The notes beneath the pieces are model-generated. The model did no database searches and was not told the origin of the DNA. It saw only the letters and a program-made list of their open reading frames with translations. DNA of 64,000 bases from Candidatus Obscuribacteraceae bacterium (GTDB lineage Bacteria > Cyanobacteriota > Vampirovibrionia > Obscuribacterales > Obscuribacteraceae), in NCBI GenBank assembly GCA_044226015.1, contig JBGAHS010000003.1, positions 576,001-640,000 on the forward strand. Direction: 5' to 3'. Shown here in pieces: positions 1 through 10,600 of this stretch (position 1 is its first letter; each line of letters begins with the position of its first letter). The position numbers and the translations under genes were made by a program.

Positions 1-440
1 ACAACCGTCATTTCTGAATTTCTGTCCTCGGCTCGCAAATTCAAATTGCGCATGCGGTCGGCTTCGAACTTAATGCATAAATCCAAATATTCAGAGGGGA
101 CACACTCAAAATAATTTGTTCGGTCTAGCCATGTAGTTGCGTTAAGAAGCGCACCAATTCGACTGAATGTTTCCATAACGCCAGTTCCATCAGCTGGGTT
201 ATATTTCTTGGTACCTTTGAACATCATGTGTTCAAGAAAATGAGTTGAGCCTGTGTAACCAACAGCCTCGTTACGACTTCCGACTCTATAAACAACCATG
301 AAAGAGACGACAGGTGCGCTGTGGTTTTCGCGCAGAAGAATCTTCAGACCATTCTTCATCCTATATTCGACGATGCCTGCTGCCTCTTCGATTTTCTTGA
401 TACCGTGGGTGGAAAGCGAGAATTTTGCTTTGGTTGCCAT
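1..440 (-). CDS. M16 family zinc peptidase (insulinase-like), N-terminal part; runs off the window start
   Basis: Not in the ORF track. Manual translation from ATG 440 gives MATKAKF...KNGLKILLRENHSAPVVSFMVVYRVGSRNEAVGYTGSTHFLEHMMFKGT, containing the inverted HxxEH zinc motif. Confidence 0.93.
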   Translation of the reverse strand, partial: MATKAKFSLSTHGIKKIEEAAGIVEYRMKNGLKILLRENHSAPVVSFMVVYRVGSRNEAVGYTGSTHFLEHMMFKGTKKYNPADGTGVMETFSRIGALLNATTWLDRTNYFECVPSEYLDLCIKFEADRMRNLNLRAEDRNSEMTV

Positions 441-656
441 GAGTTATTCCTTGCGTCGAACCCTCTATTTTATGGCAACTGACTACCTATAACTGATCAG
501 AACAACCAGAAAAGGCAAAACTGCAAAATGAACAACACGACGGAAGCGAAAGGAACGAATAAATGGAAGAAAAAGCAAGTTGGTCTTTGATAAAGAGTAG
601 ATCGAAACTTGAATCGGGGGTGAATACATACACTATACGTGATAATAGTATCGCGA

Positions 657-688
657 CAAAAACCGAAACAGGAGAGTAGCTCTCCTGT
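657..688 (-). terminator. Intrinsic terminator after the 728..2173 gene
   Basis: Stem ACAGGAGAG/CTCTCCTGT followed by a T-rich tract on the minus strand. Confidence 0.6.
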
Positions 689-727
689 CTCGGCGACCAA
701 TCAGCCGAAGCTAATCAGCCAGACGGC

Positions 728-2173
728 TCAGCGACGCGGAACGACGACGGCAGGACCGTCATCATCGCCAGTCACCACAGCCGGGGACTTGCGCTTGCTC
801 GGAACGACGACCGGCGGGTCATCGTCCGTGTTCACGACCGGCGGCTTCTTCTTGCTCGGAACCACGACCGGCGGATCCTCGCCGTTCGGCTTCACGACGA
901 CGACATCCGGACGACGCAGGGTGCCCGGAGCCTTGATGACCACGACGCTCGAGTCGTTCACGACATCACCGTCGAAGGCGATGACGTAGATGCGCCCATC
1001 GACCAGGATGGTCCACATCTTGTAGGACTCGTTGTAGGTCGCGATCTGCGTGTCCTGCATGTAGTACTCGACCACCTGGAAGTTCTCCGTGTGGCGCCAG
1101 TACTTACGCACCGACACGAGGACCGAGCGGCTGTCCGACGAAAGCGACAGCGGCTCGACATTCACCGAAACCAGCGGGTCGCTGTAGTCGATCTTGAACG
1201 AACGCGAGCCGCCGTTCACGACCGGGCGCGAATTGAGCTGAACGACATCGTCGCTGCCCATGCGCACGCGGTAGAGCTTGTTGTCGACCCACGCCATGTA
1301 GGCGTTCTGCTCGGGAACGAAGGTCGCGTTGGTGACCTCGCGAATCGTGTAGCGCAGCCGCTGGAAGTTCTCCTCGTGCACATAATCACGATTCACGAAG
1401 AGAGTGCGATTGCGACCACCGAACGAAGACGAACCCGCGGTGACGGTGGGGTCATAGGAGACCTCACGGTCGCCGTTGGAAATCAGCCCGTTGCGCACGC
1501 CGATGTTGGCGGTCGGCTTCTCGCGCAGGTTCTCGACCTGGCCGGCGGCGTTGATGCGGTAGAGGCGATTGCCCACCCACACCATGTGAGCCGACTGCTC
1601 GTTGACGAACGTCGCCGTGCTCGAGCTGTCGACGGTGTACGAGACATCATTGTAGGTCTCGGGATGGATGTAGCGGTAGGTGATGTTCACCCCGCGCGAC
1701 TGTCCATCCGCCGACACCGCACCGGCGCCGACACCGATGACATCGCCGCGATCGCTCTGCGACATCATGACGTTCTGCTTGCCGATGTCCACCGTGGGAC
1801 GGTCGGCGGCGACGCCGACGTTGCTGCCCTTGGTGAAGCGGTACATCGACCCGTCCGCGTCCTTGTAACGCCAATCGCTGAGGCGACCGACGAACTCGGC
1901 GGTGCCCGGCGTCTTGATCTGGTAGGACTGGTCGTTCTGCCAGAACCAGCGCTTGTGCAGGTAGCTGGTCGTCACGTTGACGGGCAGGGACTGCGCGCCA
2001 TCGGTGGGGGTCTGCGCGGCGACCACTTCCCGCTTCAGGACCTGGTCCGCGGAGTCGACCTTCTCGGTACGCATTCCGAGTTCATCGACCTTGGCGTAGC
2101 TCGGCGTGCTCACCGAAACCATGGCGAGAGCCGCGAACGCTGCAAACGCAACGTTCCTCAGAGACTTCATCAT
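728..2173 (-). CDS. Secreted hypothetical protein with four internal ~95-aa beta-rich repeats and a Pro/Val-rich tail
   Basis: Signal peptide (AFAAFAALAMVSVSTPSYA), GAGAGG RBS, strong C/G-ending codon bias, repeated Y-x-H...AT(F/Y)...(L/I)Y units. Confidence 0.85.
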   Translation of the reverse strand: MMKSLRNVAFAAFAALAMVSVSTPSYAKVDELGMRTEKVDSADQVLKREVVAAQTPTDGAQSLPVNVTTSYLHKRWFWQNDQSYQIKTPGTAEFVGRLSDWRYKDADGSMYRFTKGSNVGVAADRPTVDIGKQNVMMSQSDRGDVIGVGAGAVSADGQSRGVNITYRYIHPETYNDVSYTVDSSSTATFVNEQSAHMVWVGNRLYRINAAGQVENLREKPTANIGVRNGLISNGDREVSYDPTVTAGSSSFGGRNRTLFVNRDYVHEENFQRLRYTIREVTNATFVPEQNAYMAWVDNKLYRVRMGSDDVVQLNSRPVVNGGSRSFKIDYSDPLVSVNVEPLSLSSDSRSVLVSVRKYWRHTENFQVVEYYMQDTQIATYNESYKMWTILVDGRIYVIAFDGDVVNDSSVVVIKAPGTLRRPDVVVVKPNGEDPPVVVPSKKKPPVVNTDDDPPVVVPSKRKSPAVVTGDDDGPAVVVPRR

Positions 2174-2217
2174 TGCTAACCTCTCAGATTACGGTTGAAA
2201 CGTTGTCGGCGCCGGGA

Positions 2218-2655
2218 TCAGCTGCGATCCGCGACCTGGACTTCCTTGGTGACGAGCTTGCCGTCCTTCATGAACGCCTGGGCGACGTAGTCCATCGTCG
2301 TGTTGGAGAACGCGACGGTGTCCTGGTAGGTGGCGCTGACCACGAGTCCGTCGTCGCCGTAGAGCGAGAAGACGTAAGCCGCGACCTCGAACATGGCGGC
2401 GATGCGCCGGGTCGGGGTGCTGAGGGCGATGCCGGTGGCGAACTGGCCGATGTCCGACACGTTGCCGACGTACCTGGAGTTGCTCTTCTGCGCCGGCTCG
2501 ATGGTCTGAATGACGTTGCCCGACCTGTCGGAAATCGAGACGGACACCAGCACCTGATGCTGCTCGCGCGACTCGGTACGGAATCCGGCGGCGATGCGGT
2601 TCTGCAGAGCGGTGAAGCTGTCGAGCAGAGAACGCGTCTGGCTGGGAGTGAACAT
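2218..2655 (-). CDS. Hypothetical protein (145 aa), probably co-transcribed with the downstream repeat protein
   Basis: ATG 2655 with AAGGA upstream; biased codon usage starts at this ATG; 44 bp gap to the next gene. Confidence 0.75.
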   Translation of the reverse strand: MFTPSQTRSLLDSFTALQNRIAAGFRTESREQHQVLVSVSISDRSGNVIQTIEPAQKSNSRYVGNVSDIGQFATGIALSTPTRRIAAMFEVAAYVFSLYGDDGLVVSATYQDTVAFSNTTMDYVAQAFMKDGKLVTKEVQVADRS

Positions 2656-3392
2656 TGATGTGATCCTTGTCTGTAGGTTGGAGCTGAGCTCCGGTACCCT
2701 CAAGCCTGATGGGGTCAAGAGGGATGGTGATACCTGTATCTCCCGTGAGCGCTGATATTGGTGAAAAAAACTAGATTTTGTTGGCGAAGCGCTCAAGAAA
2801 CGGGAATAAAACAGGACTGCTCTGACTATATGAAAACTGCGGCTATTTTTTTACGCTCTCTCTTGGCCCGGTTTCACCGTGAAACACAGCAAGGACGGAT
2901 ACTTTGAGAACGAATACCGTTTTTCTCGAAAAAGCATTTCAAAAAAAACTAGTGTCATCAAGCTCTCATCGTTGTGTACTTCTGTGTTTCATAATTGTGC
3001 AGTTTGGCCCAAAACAGCCTCGAAGCAAAGCTCGCAGAGCTTGTATCTTTTCTTCACAATTCAGCCTCGCGCGAACTTAGTGCAACGTAACCCGAAGGGC
3101 TCCTACGACTGCGTCTAAGGCCAATGCTCCGTAACGCATTGTTTCCACGGGCGACTTTGCATAAGTTCAAAACGCATATATTTAGCCCCAAGAAAAACCA
3201 CAAAAGACTTCCAACACCAACAAATCCGCCCCAGCCAAATCCCATCAACGTGACTTCCAGTCACCCGAGCGCCTGAGCCTCGTCGGATAAACGCTGACAA
3301 TCGAAACGCCATGAGTTCACACTCGTGGATTTCAGTATTCGGATTGAGGCGCAAGGAGGTTCTTGTGGGTTTTCGCTCGCGAGGAACGACAA

Positions 3393-3698
3393 ATGAGCCA
3401 ACCTACAGAAAACAACGCCAACAATGGAGCACTGGGTGAATACTTAGCCGCGGAGTTGATTGCGATTATCCACGAACGTTCACAGGAAACACAGGGAAAA
3501 CTCGAAAGAAAAGCCAAAGCGGAAATCAGGATTATCCGCAAGCTTTCCACTGAGTTTTCGCAAGAAGTGGCCAAACGAAACATAGAAACACCAGTAGCGG
3601 ATGAATCTGAAGCTACTCCAGCCGTCAAAGAAGAGACATCTTTTCAAAAGGGTGAGCTCTTTCGTTTTGACAGACTGAATAGCATTTTCGGCTGGTAA
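3393..3698 (+). CDS. Hypothetical helical protein (101 aa)
   Basis: ATG 3393 after GAGGA; charged helical sequence; followed by a terminator. Confidence 0.65.
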   Translation: MSQPTENNANNGALGEYLAAELIAIIHERSQETQGKLERKAKAEIRIIRKLSTEFSQEVAKRNIETPVADESEATPAVKEETSFQKGELFRFDRLNSIFGW

Positions 3699-3740
3699 CT
3701 AGCGATGGAAACCTGCATATGCAGTGATGATCTCTAGTAT

Positions 3741-3780
3741 AAGCACAAAAAGGTGGGACCAATTCCCACCTTTTTTGCTT
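3741..3780. terminator. Bidirectional intrinsic terminator
   Basis: AAAAAGGTGGGA-CCAAT-TCCCACCTTTTT between convergent ORFs. Confidence 0.8.
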
Positions 3781-3852
3781 TAGCTTTTACTACTACGATG
3801 ATTAGTATTACATTGACTAATCGAAGGAATCTATCCAAGAAAAACCGATGGC

Positions 3853-4254
3853 TCAGTTAGCCTTCTTAGGCACAACGTCATAGTTGTAACTGGCATCCGG
3901 ATTGTCCTTTTTCAAAACCAGATTCAGCCCTTTATCTGCTTTCTCAAGCTTTCTTACTTCCTCAAGAAACCTGTCAGTTGTTTTGATGTTGTCGTTAGCA
4001 CAATAACCATAAGGGTTTTCTTGTGAGAAGCCTTGCAAGGCTCCATATGGTGCACATGCCTTATCAGCACTGGGGGCATTCTTGCTCAAGTTGTCTTCAA
4101 CAGCCATGAAAAGCCTCATCGAAGCGCCCTGACGTTGAGATTCCGGATCATTCGGAAATTCCTTTGCAGCGCCAAAATCAAGATAATCAGCAACGCTTTT
4201 TGCACTGAATTCGTCATTCTTTGAGCTTGCTTTGCTCACGATATTGTCACCCAT
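3853..4254 (-). CDS. Hypothetical protein (133 aa)
   Basis: ATG 4254 preceded by GGAGG; the longer ORF extension to 4518 looks non-coding. Confidence 0.65.
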   Translation of the reverse strand: MGDNIVSKASSKNDEFSAKSVADYLDFGAAKEFPNDPESQRQGASMRLFMAVEDNLSKNAPSADKACAPYGALQGFSQENPYGYCANDNIKTTDRFLEEVRKLEKADKGLNLVLKKDNPDASYNYDVVPKKAN

Positions 4255-4666
4255 GCCCGCGTCTCCTCCGATTTGTGATTCCATCTTAAAGTGACTCACG
4301 TGCGAGACACGTGCAAATTCAAATTTTTCTTGTTCCAGCACGCTGAGAAAAATTGTAGTGCGCATAACAAAAGAACAATGCCAATAGAAGCGCTGAATGT
4401 CTTGGATTTGTGCTTCCGAAAGTCGACGATAGAAAGAGTTAGAGCTCAAAGCATACATAACCATTAGAATTAACCTCACGCCGGAGAGGGGAATTCCCCC
4501 AAAACATAGAATTCGCAACCATTTCGGGCAATCAAGAGCCGAAGCGACGAAATGCGAATTTCATGTAAGTTTTCGCCTACTTTTCCTCCAACACTTGTCA
4601 AAATTTTCAAGTCGACGAAATCCACCTGGATTTGGTTGACAGCGGGTATTTTCTGGAGGATCCCTC

Positions 4667-7600
4667 ATGCGGGCAAAAACACTTCGTCAAAGTAAGTCTT
4701 CTTTTACTCTCACTGCTTTGACAATTGCATTAGCACACACAGTGCCAGTAGCTGCAGCAGAGCGACCCGGAGCGAGCGCCCCTCTTCCGAATTTGAATCT
4801 GCTTTCCCAAAATCGCAACGTCAAAGCTCCAGATACGATGAATGCGCCTGTAAGCATCATCGAAGGCGGGCACAATGTCACCGTTACTCCCGGTATGCTG
4901 CTAACACCAGCCCAGGCAGTAGCCGTCAGTCAGATACTCAGTGGTGGCACCCAGACGCTGAATCTCAGCACGCTTGGCACCGCAGTTAGTGGGTCTGCGT
5001 TGATCCAAGCGCAAAATTACTCTTCGCTGGTAGTTCCTAAAGGCGTGACTTTAATCGGCGATGTTAGCAGTGGCAACAATATTAGCGTTGCTGGACAACT
5101 AAGCAACTCCGGTACAATCTACGCATTTTCGAATAATGCCACAGTGCCCGGAGCAGTTCTAGCGGCGATGAACATTAGCAACTCGGGAGGAGCATTAATC
5201 TCCACCGTTCTTCCTTCTGGTGGGCTCAGCGGCGCAAACAATGCAATTTCCGGGCTCAATTTGACACTTATGTCCGCTGGTCTCAGCAACCATGGCGTTA
5301 TCTCGAGTGCAGGCAATCTGAATCTCGTTGGAACTAACGCCTCTTACACCATCAACAACACAGGCGGAACCATGCAAGCCGCCTCTGCCATCAATATCTC
5401 GTCACTGGCAAGCGCTGCCAACATTGCCGTACTGGGCGGAAACTGGTTCAGCCCTGTTATGAACGCAAACGCCTATGGTGGCAACATTGATGTAAATGTG
5501 AATCAGCTTACCGGGCTGCTAAACATCAGCGCCGCAAACGCCCACGTGATGGCTCAAACCGAGAATTTGAATCTGGGCAACATGAACATCACTGATGACC
5601 CGACATTCTTCAACCTGAACAACATCACTTTTACCGGAGACGTTAACACTATAAATGAAGCGTTGACAATAATTGCCGGAGGCAACATCAATCTCGGTAC
5701 ATTTAAGTTCAATACCAATCAAAACGGAACTGCAGCAACAGGTTTTCCCATTACGATAGTTGCTGGCGCAAACATTGTTCCACCTCTGGCAAGCCCCGAC
5801 TCGTCTGTCGGTCCAATTACCAGCGGCGTAGTCAAAGTTACACCAAGCGCGCTGAGCGGCGGAGGCTCCGCATCTGGCGGAAACATCACTTGCACCACCT
5901 GTGCTATTAGTTCGGCATCAACAGGAAGTATTGCCGGTGGAAAGATTCTTCTTGCCGCCTACTCTGGGGGAAGCAACGCTGGTAGCATCAATTTGGGCAC
6001 CGGTTCAATTGATAGCAGCTCTGTTAATGGAGCAGCTGGCGACATCACGATAATTGCGCCTGGTGGAATTACACTTGGGGGCTCTCTCAATGCAACTGGT
6101 AGCGGTTCTCCAAAGATATCGATTAGCAGCGCCAATCCGACAGGTACACTTCAAGCAGCGGTAAACGGAGCTGTAAGTGGCACGCTGACAAATAAAAGCC
6201 TGGCAAATAGTCCAATCAGCACAAACTTCTCGTCTTTCACTGCCCCTTCCGGAATAGTGACCTACACGGCAGGCACTGCGAAAATATCGCTAAGTGGACT
6301 GATGACGATTTCAGGATTATTGGGCACTGGCAAAGCCGGAGGCTCTCTTACTGTAACTAATACAAACAGCGCAATCGAACTTGGCTCGGCCCAGAACCTT
6401 TCACTCAATGCCTCCGGTGGGTCCGGATCAACCGGGGCAGTCGGCAAAGCGGGTGGAGTCGGCGGTGCCGGCGGTAACATAAGCTTCAATGCAATAAATG
6501 GAACAGTCACAAACTCAGGCGGATTCACAAACTTCATAGCAGCTGTAGGTGCTTCTGGGGGAACCGGTGGATCGAACGCGAACGGCGCGCCAGGCGGCGC
6601 CGGCGGCGCTGGCGGGAAAGGCGGTAGCATCACTATTACCGCAAGCGATATAAACCTGACAGTCGGAGGAGCTAGCTCATCCTTTAACGTCGGGGGCGGC
6701 TCAGGAAACTTCGGCGGCACTGGCGGCACCGGCACAGTTACAGGAAGCAAAGGAAACACTGGTGGCACGGGCGGTGCTGGCGGCATCGGCGGTGCCGCTG
6801 GCGTCATCACACTGAAGAACACCTCCACTGGAGCAGGCACCTTCAATGTCCCTGTACTGCTAGCAGACGGTGGACTCGGCGGCATCGGTGGAGCAGCAGG
6901 GGTAGGCGGCTTTGCAAGCAACCCTGGAAACAACGGCACTTCTGGTGCTGGTGGCAGCGGCGGTATCGGTGGAACGATAACGCTCAGCACCGAAAAGACC
7001 AGCACGACAGCAATCAAACTCGAAGGAAACATCTCTGCTCAAGGAGGCGTAGGTTCCTTTGTCGCACTTAGTTCCCCGGGAATAACTGGCAATAATGGTG
7101 GTGCAGGGACTTCCGCTGGAAAGAGTGGGTCTGGCGGTGCCGGCGGAAAAATCAATATTACAGGCAACAATAAGATCTCCCTTGCAACAGTCGTATTAGA
7201 TAGCACTGGTGGAGCCGGCGGAACAGCTGGCGCAGGTGGAACTGGCGGAAGCGGAATAACCGGAATCGGCGGAACTGGCGGAAACGGTGGACAGGGTGGC
7301 AATGGCGGTACAGGCGGTAGCATCATCATCAGCTCAACTGGAGGAGACATTGCTCCCCTGGCCGCCAACGATTTCACTATCTTGAGCAACGGCGGCAGCG
7401 CGGGTTCGGCTCTAACTGCATTTGGGGGCACTGGAGCACCTGGTCTTCTGGGCGGTGGAGCTGGTGGAAAGGGAGGATCGGCCGGCAATTCGGGCGCAGG
7501 TGGAAGCATAACAATCAGCAGCAGCGCCAACATCAGCCTGGGTCAAACCAACAGTAGCATTGTATCGGCAGTGGGCGGACCGCTTGCCTCACAGAACGGT

Positions 7601-10600
7601 CTAGGTGGCTCCGGTGGAATCGCCAACACAGGAAATGGCGGCAGCGGCGCCGCCGCAGGAAGCGCTACTCTCACCAGTGGCAATGGCGGGGCCGGCGGGA
7701 AAATCAGCGTCACCGGATTGACCATAGTCTCTAATGCCACACTCAGCTCGCAAGGTGCGCTGGGCTCTACGGGAGCAATCGGCGGCGCGGGAGCGCCTGG
7801 AACGGGTGCTGGAAGCAAAGGCGGCAGCGGAGGAGCAGGCGGTTCCGGAGGAGCAGGCGGAGCCGGTGGTTCCATATCCATGACCGGTAAATCGACAACT
7901 GTTGCCATAACTATCAACGGAACTATTAATGCTTCAGGCGGTTTCGGCGGTTTCGGATTATCTGGTGGAAATGCAGCTCAAGGAGTTCTATCTGATGGCA
8001 ATGGGGGCAATGCTGGCTCAGGAGGTGCAGGAGGTAAAGGCGGTACAGTTAACCTGTCTAGCCCTTTTGGCATCACATTGAACGCAGCAATTACAGCTGC
8101 CGGTGCGATTGGTGCCCCAGCTACAGGCGCAGGTGGAAACGGAACAGCCTTCTCAACTAACGGAGGAAAAGGTGGCAACGGAGGCGCGGGCGGTAATGGA
8201 GGCGCTGGAGGCAGCATCACCATCAGCACAGGAATTTTTACAGCAAGTTCAGCTAATAGCGCGAGTCTGGACGCTTTTGGTGGATCTGCCAGCCAAGGCG
8301 GCGGGGGTGGATTAGGGGGCAGCTCAGCTGGTGCCGGCAGCGCTGGTGCAGGTGGCGACGGAGGAAAAGGTGGCAGCGGAGGCGCTGGCGGCAAAGTTAC
8401 TGTAACGACAACTGGTGCAAGTATGACGCTTGCAAATATCAACGTTAATGGCGGAATCGGAGCACAAGGAGGTTTTGGGGCAATCGGCGGAACAGCAATT
8501 GCAGTTGCTGGACTCAATGGTGGAAACGGCGGACAAGCAGGCAGTGGCGGGGCCGGTGGGTCCGGTGGGCTCATAACATTGAACGGCAATAGCAGTGTGA
8601 CGCTGATTACGCTGGCTGGAAATGCGGCAAACGCTCAGTATCTAGCGGCCGGTGCGACTGGAGGCGTCACAGCCCCTGGCGGAACTGGAGGCAGCGGAAA
8701 TCAAATTGCTGGAGCTGGTGGCAATGGTAGTAACAGCGGAAACGGCGGCAATGGTGGCAAGATAATAATTTCAGGAGCAGACCTCAGGTACAGCAACAGC
8801 TCCAAAACGATAACTCTTAACGCATCGGGAGGTTTTAGCGGATTTGGCATCGTGGGAGGTGGCACTGGTGGTTCAAGCAATAGTCTGGTCGGAGGCAAAG
8901 GTGGAAACTCAGGCAATGCAGGAAACGGGGGCAATGCTGGCAGCGTTTCCATCAACGTCCTATCAAGCTCTGGTCAAATTGCTCCAGTCGGCAGCGCCAA
9001 CCTCCAGATCATTGCAGACGGTGGCAGTTCTGTTGGTCTCACACTTTCAGGCGGCAACGGTGGATCAGGAAAAGGCGGCGGGCTTGGCGGCAATGGCGGG
9101 AATATCGGCATTCAAGGCGCTGGCGGTTCGATAACGTTAACCGCGCCTGCAGGCATAAATACAGGAAACAACAATGCAACTCCCAATCCTCTTTCGGCTG
9201 GTGGCGGAGGCTCTGTTGTAGTCACATTTGCTGGGTTCGGTGGAGCCGGCGGACTCGACAACAACACAGTTGGAGGCACTAGCAGTGGTGGCAATGGCGG
9301 AAATGGTGGCAAAGGGTCAACTGGCGGGAAGGGCGGCACCGTAACTTTGAATTCGACCAAAGGCGCACTCATAATTGGAGGCAGCATTATTGTTGATGGT
9401 GGCAGAGGTGGCAATGGCGGAGCCGGAAACAGCAGTGGCGACTCCAATAATTCGAAATCAGGAAACGGCGGTGCTGGTGGCGCAGGAGGAGCAGGTGCTC
9501 TGGCAGGCAATATCAGCCTGACTGCTGGCGGACTCGTCACCATCAATCAATCCCTCTTTGCAAACGGAGGCGCAGGAGGCTCTGCCGGAGCAGGTGGCCT
9601 TTCAGTAGCAGGCGGTACGATCGGCGGCAACGGCGGCAATGCTGGGACTAGCGCCTCCGGAGGAAGCGGAGGAAAAGTTACAATCAAAGCCTCTGCTGCA
9701 GTTAGCTACCTCAATAATGACATATCGATATTCGCAGATGGTGGCGACGGCGGGTCAGCTGCTAACGGTGGTGACGGTGCTACCGCTCTTACCGGTGGCA
9801 ACGGAGGATTATCTTCAAATGCCGGCGCAGGAGGCTCTGGCGGCTCCATTGTTATTAACGCACTCAGCCTTGATGCTTCGCTATCAACATCAGCCACTAA
9901 CCCATTACTTTCGGCGACAGGAGGTAATGGTGCCTTAGGCGGTTCAGGTGGTGACGCAGGAGCAGGACTGGGCGGCAACGCAGGCAAATCTAGCAACGGC
10001 TCCAGTGGAGGGGCAGGAGGCGGCGGCGGTCTCATCAGCATAAACACATCCGCCACGACAGGCACAGGAATAGTCTTGAACCATGCTGGTGCCGCTGCAT
10101 CAGCAGACGCTTCGGGCGGAACCGGTGGTTTTGGAGGCACCGGAGGGCTTGCTTTTGGTAGCGTCAGCGCAGCCGGAGCAAACGGCGGCAATGGGGGCAA
10201 CTCAGGAAGCGGTGGTAAGGGCGGAACAGTCAACCTGATCTCCAAAGCCAACATTGTCTTCCACGACGTTCTTGCTACCGGCGGAAACTCGAATACCGCA
10301 GCTAGCGGAGCTGTCGCCCAGCTGGCACCATTCAGCGCTTTCAATTCAGCTACCATAGCATCAAAAGGCGGCGCCGGCGGTGCAGGGGGCATAGGGGGAA
10401 TAGGCGGCTCGATAACGATAAGCGGCTTGACTCTGGCTTATCAGCGCGACGTAGCGGGTGCCACAACGGTGAACGCAAGTGGTGGCAAAGGCGGAAACTC
10501 AGGCGCCGGCGGCACTGGTGGTTCAAGCCTGCTTGGCGTAGGCGGAATTGGAGGAAACAGTGGCTCAGGCGGGGCAGCAGGAAATGGAGGTAAAGTCGCT

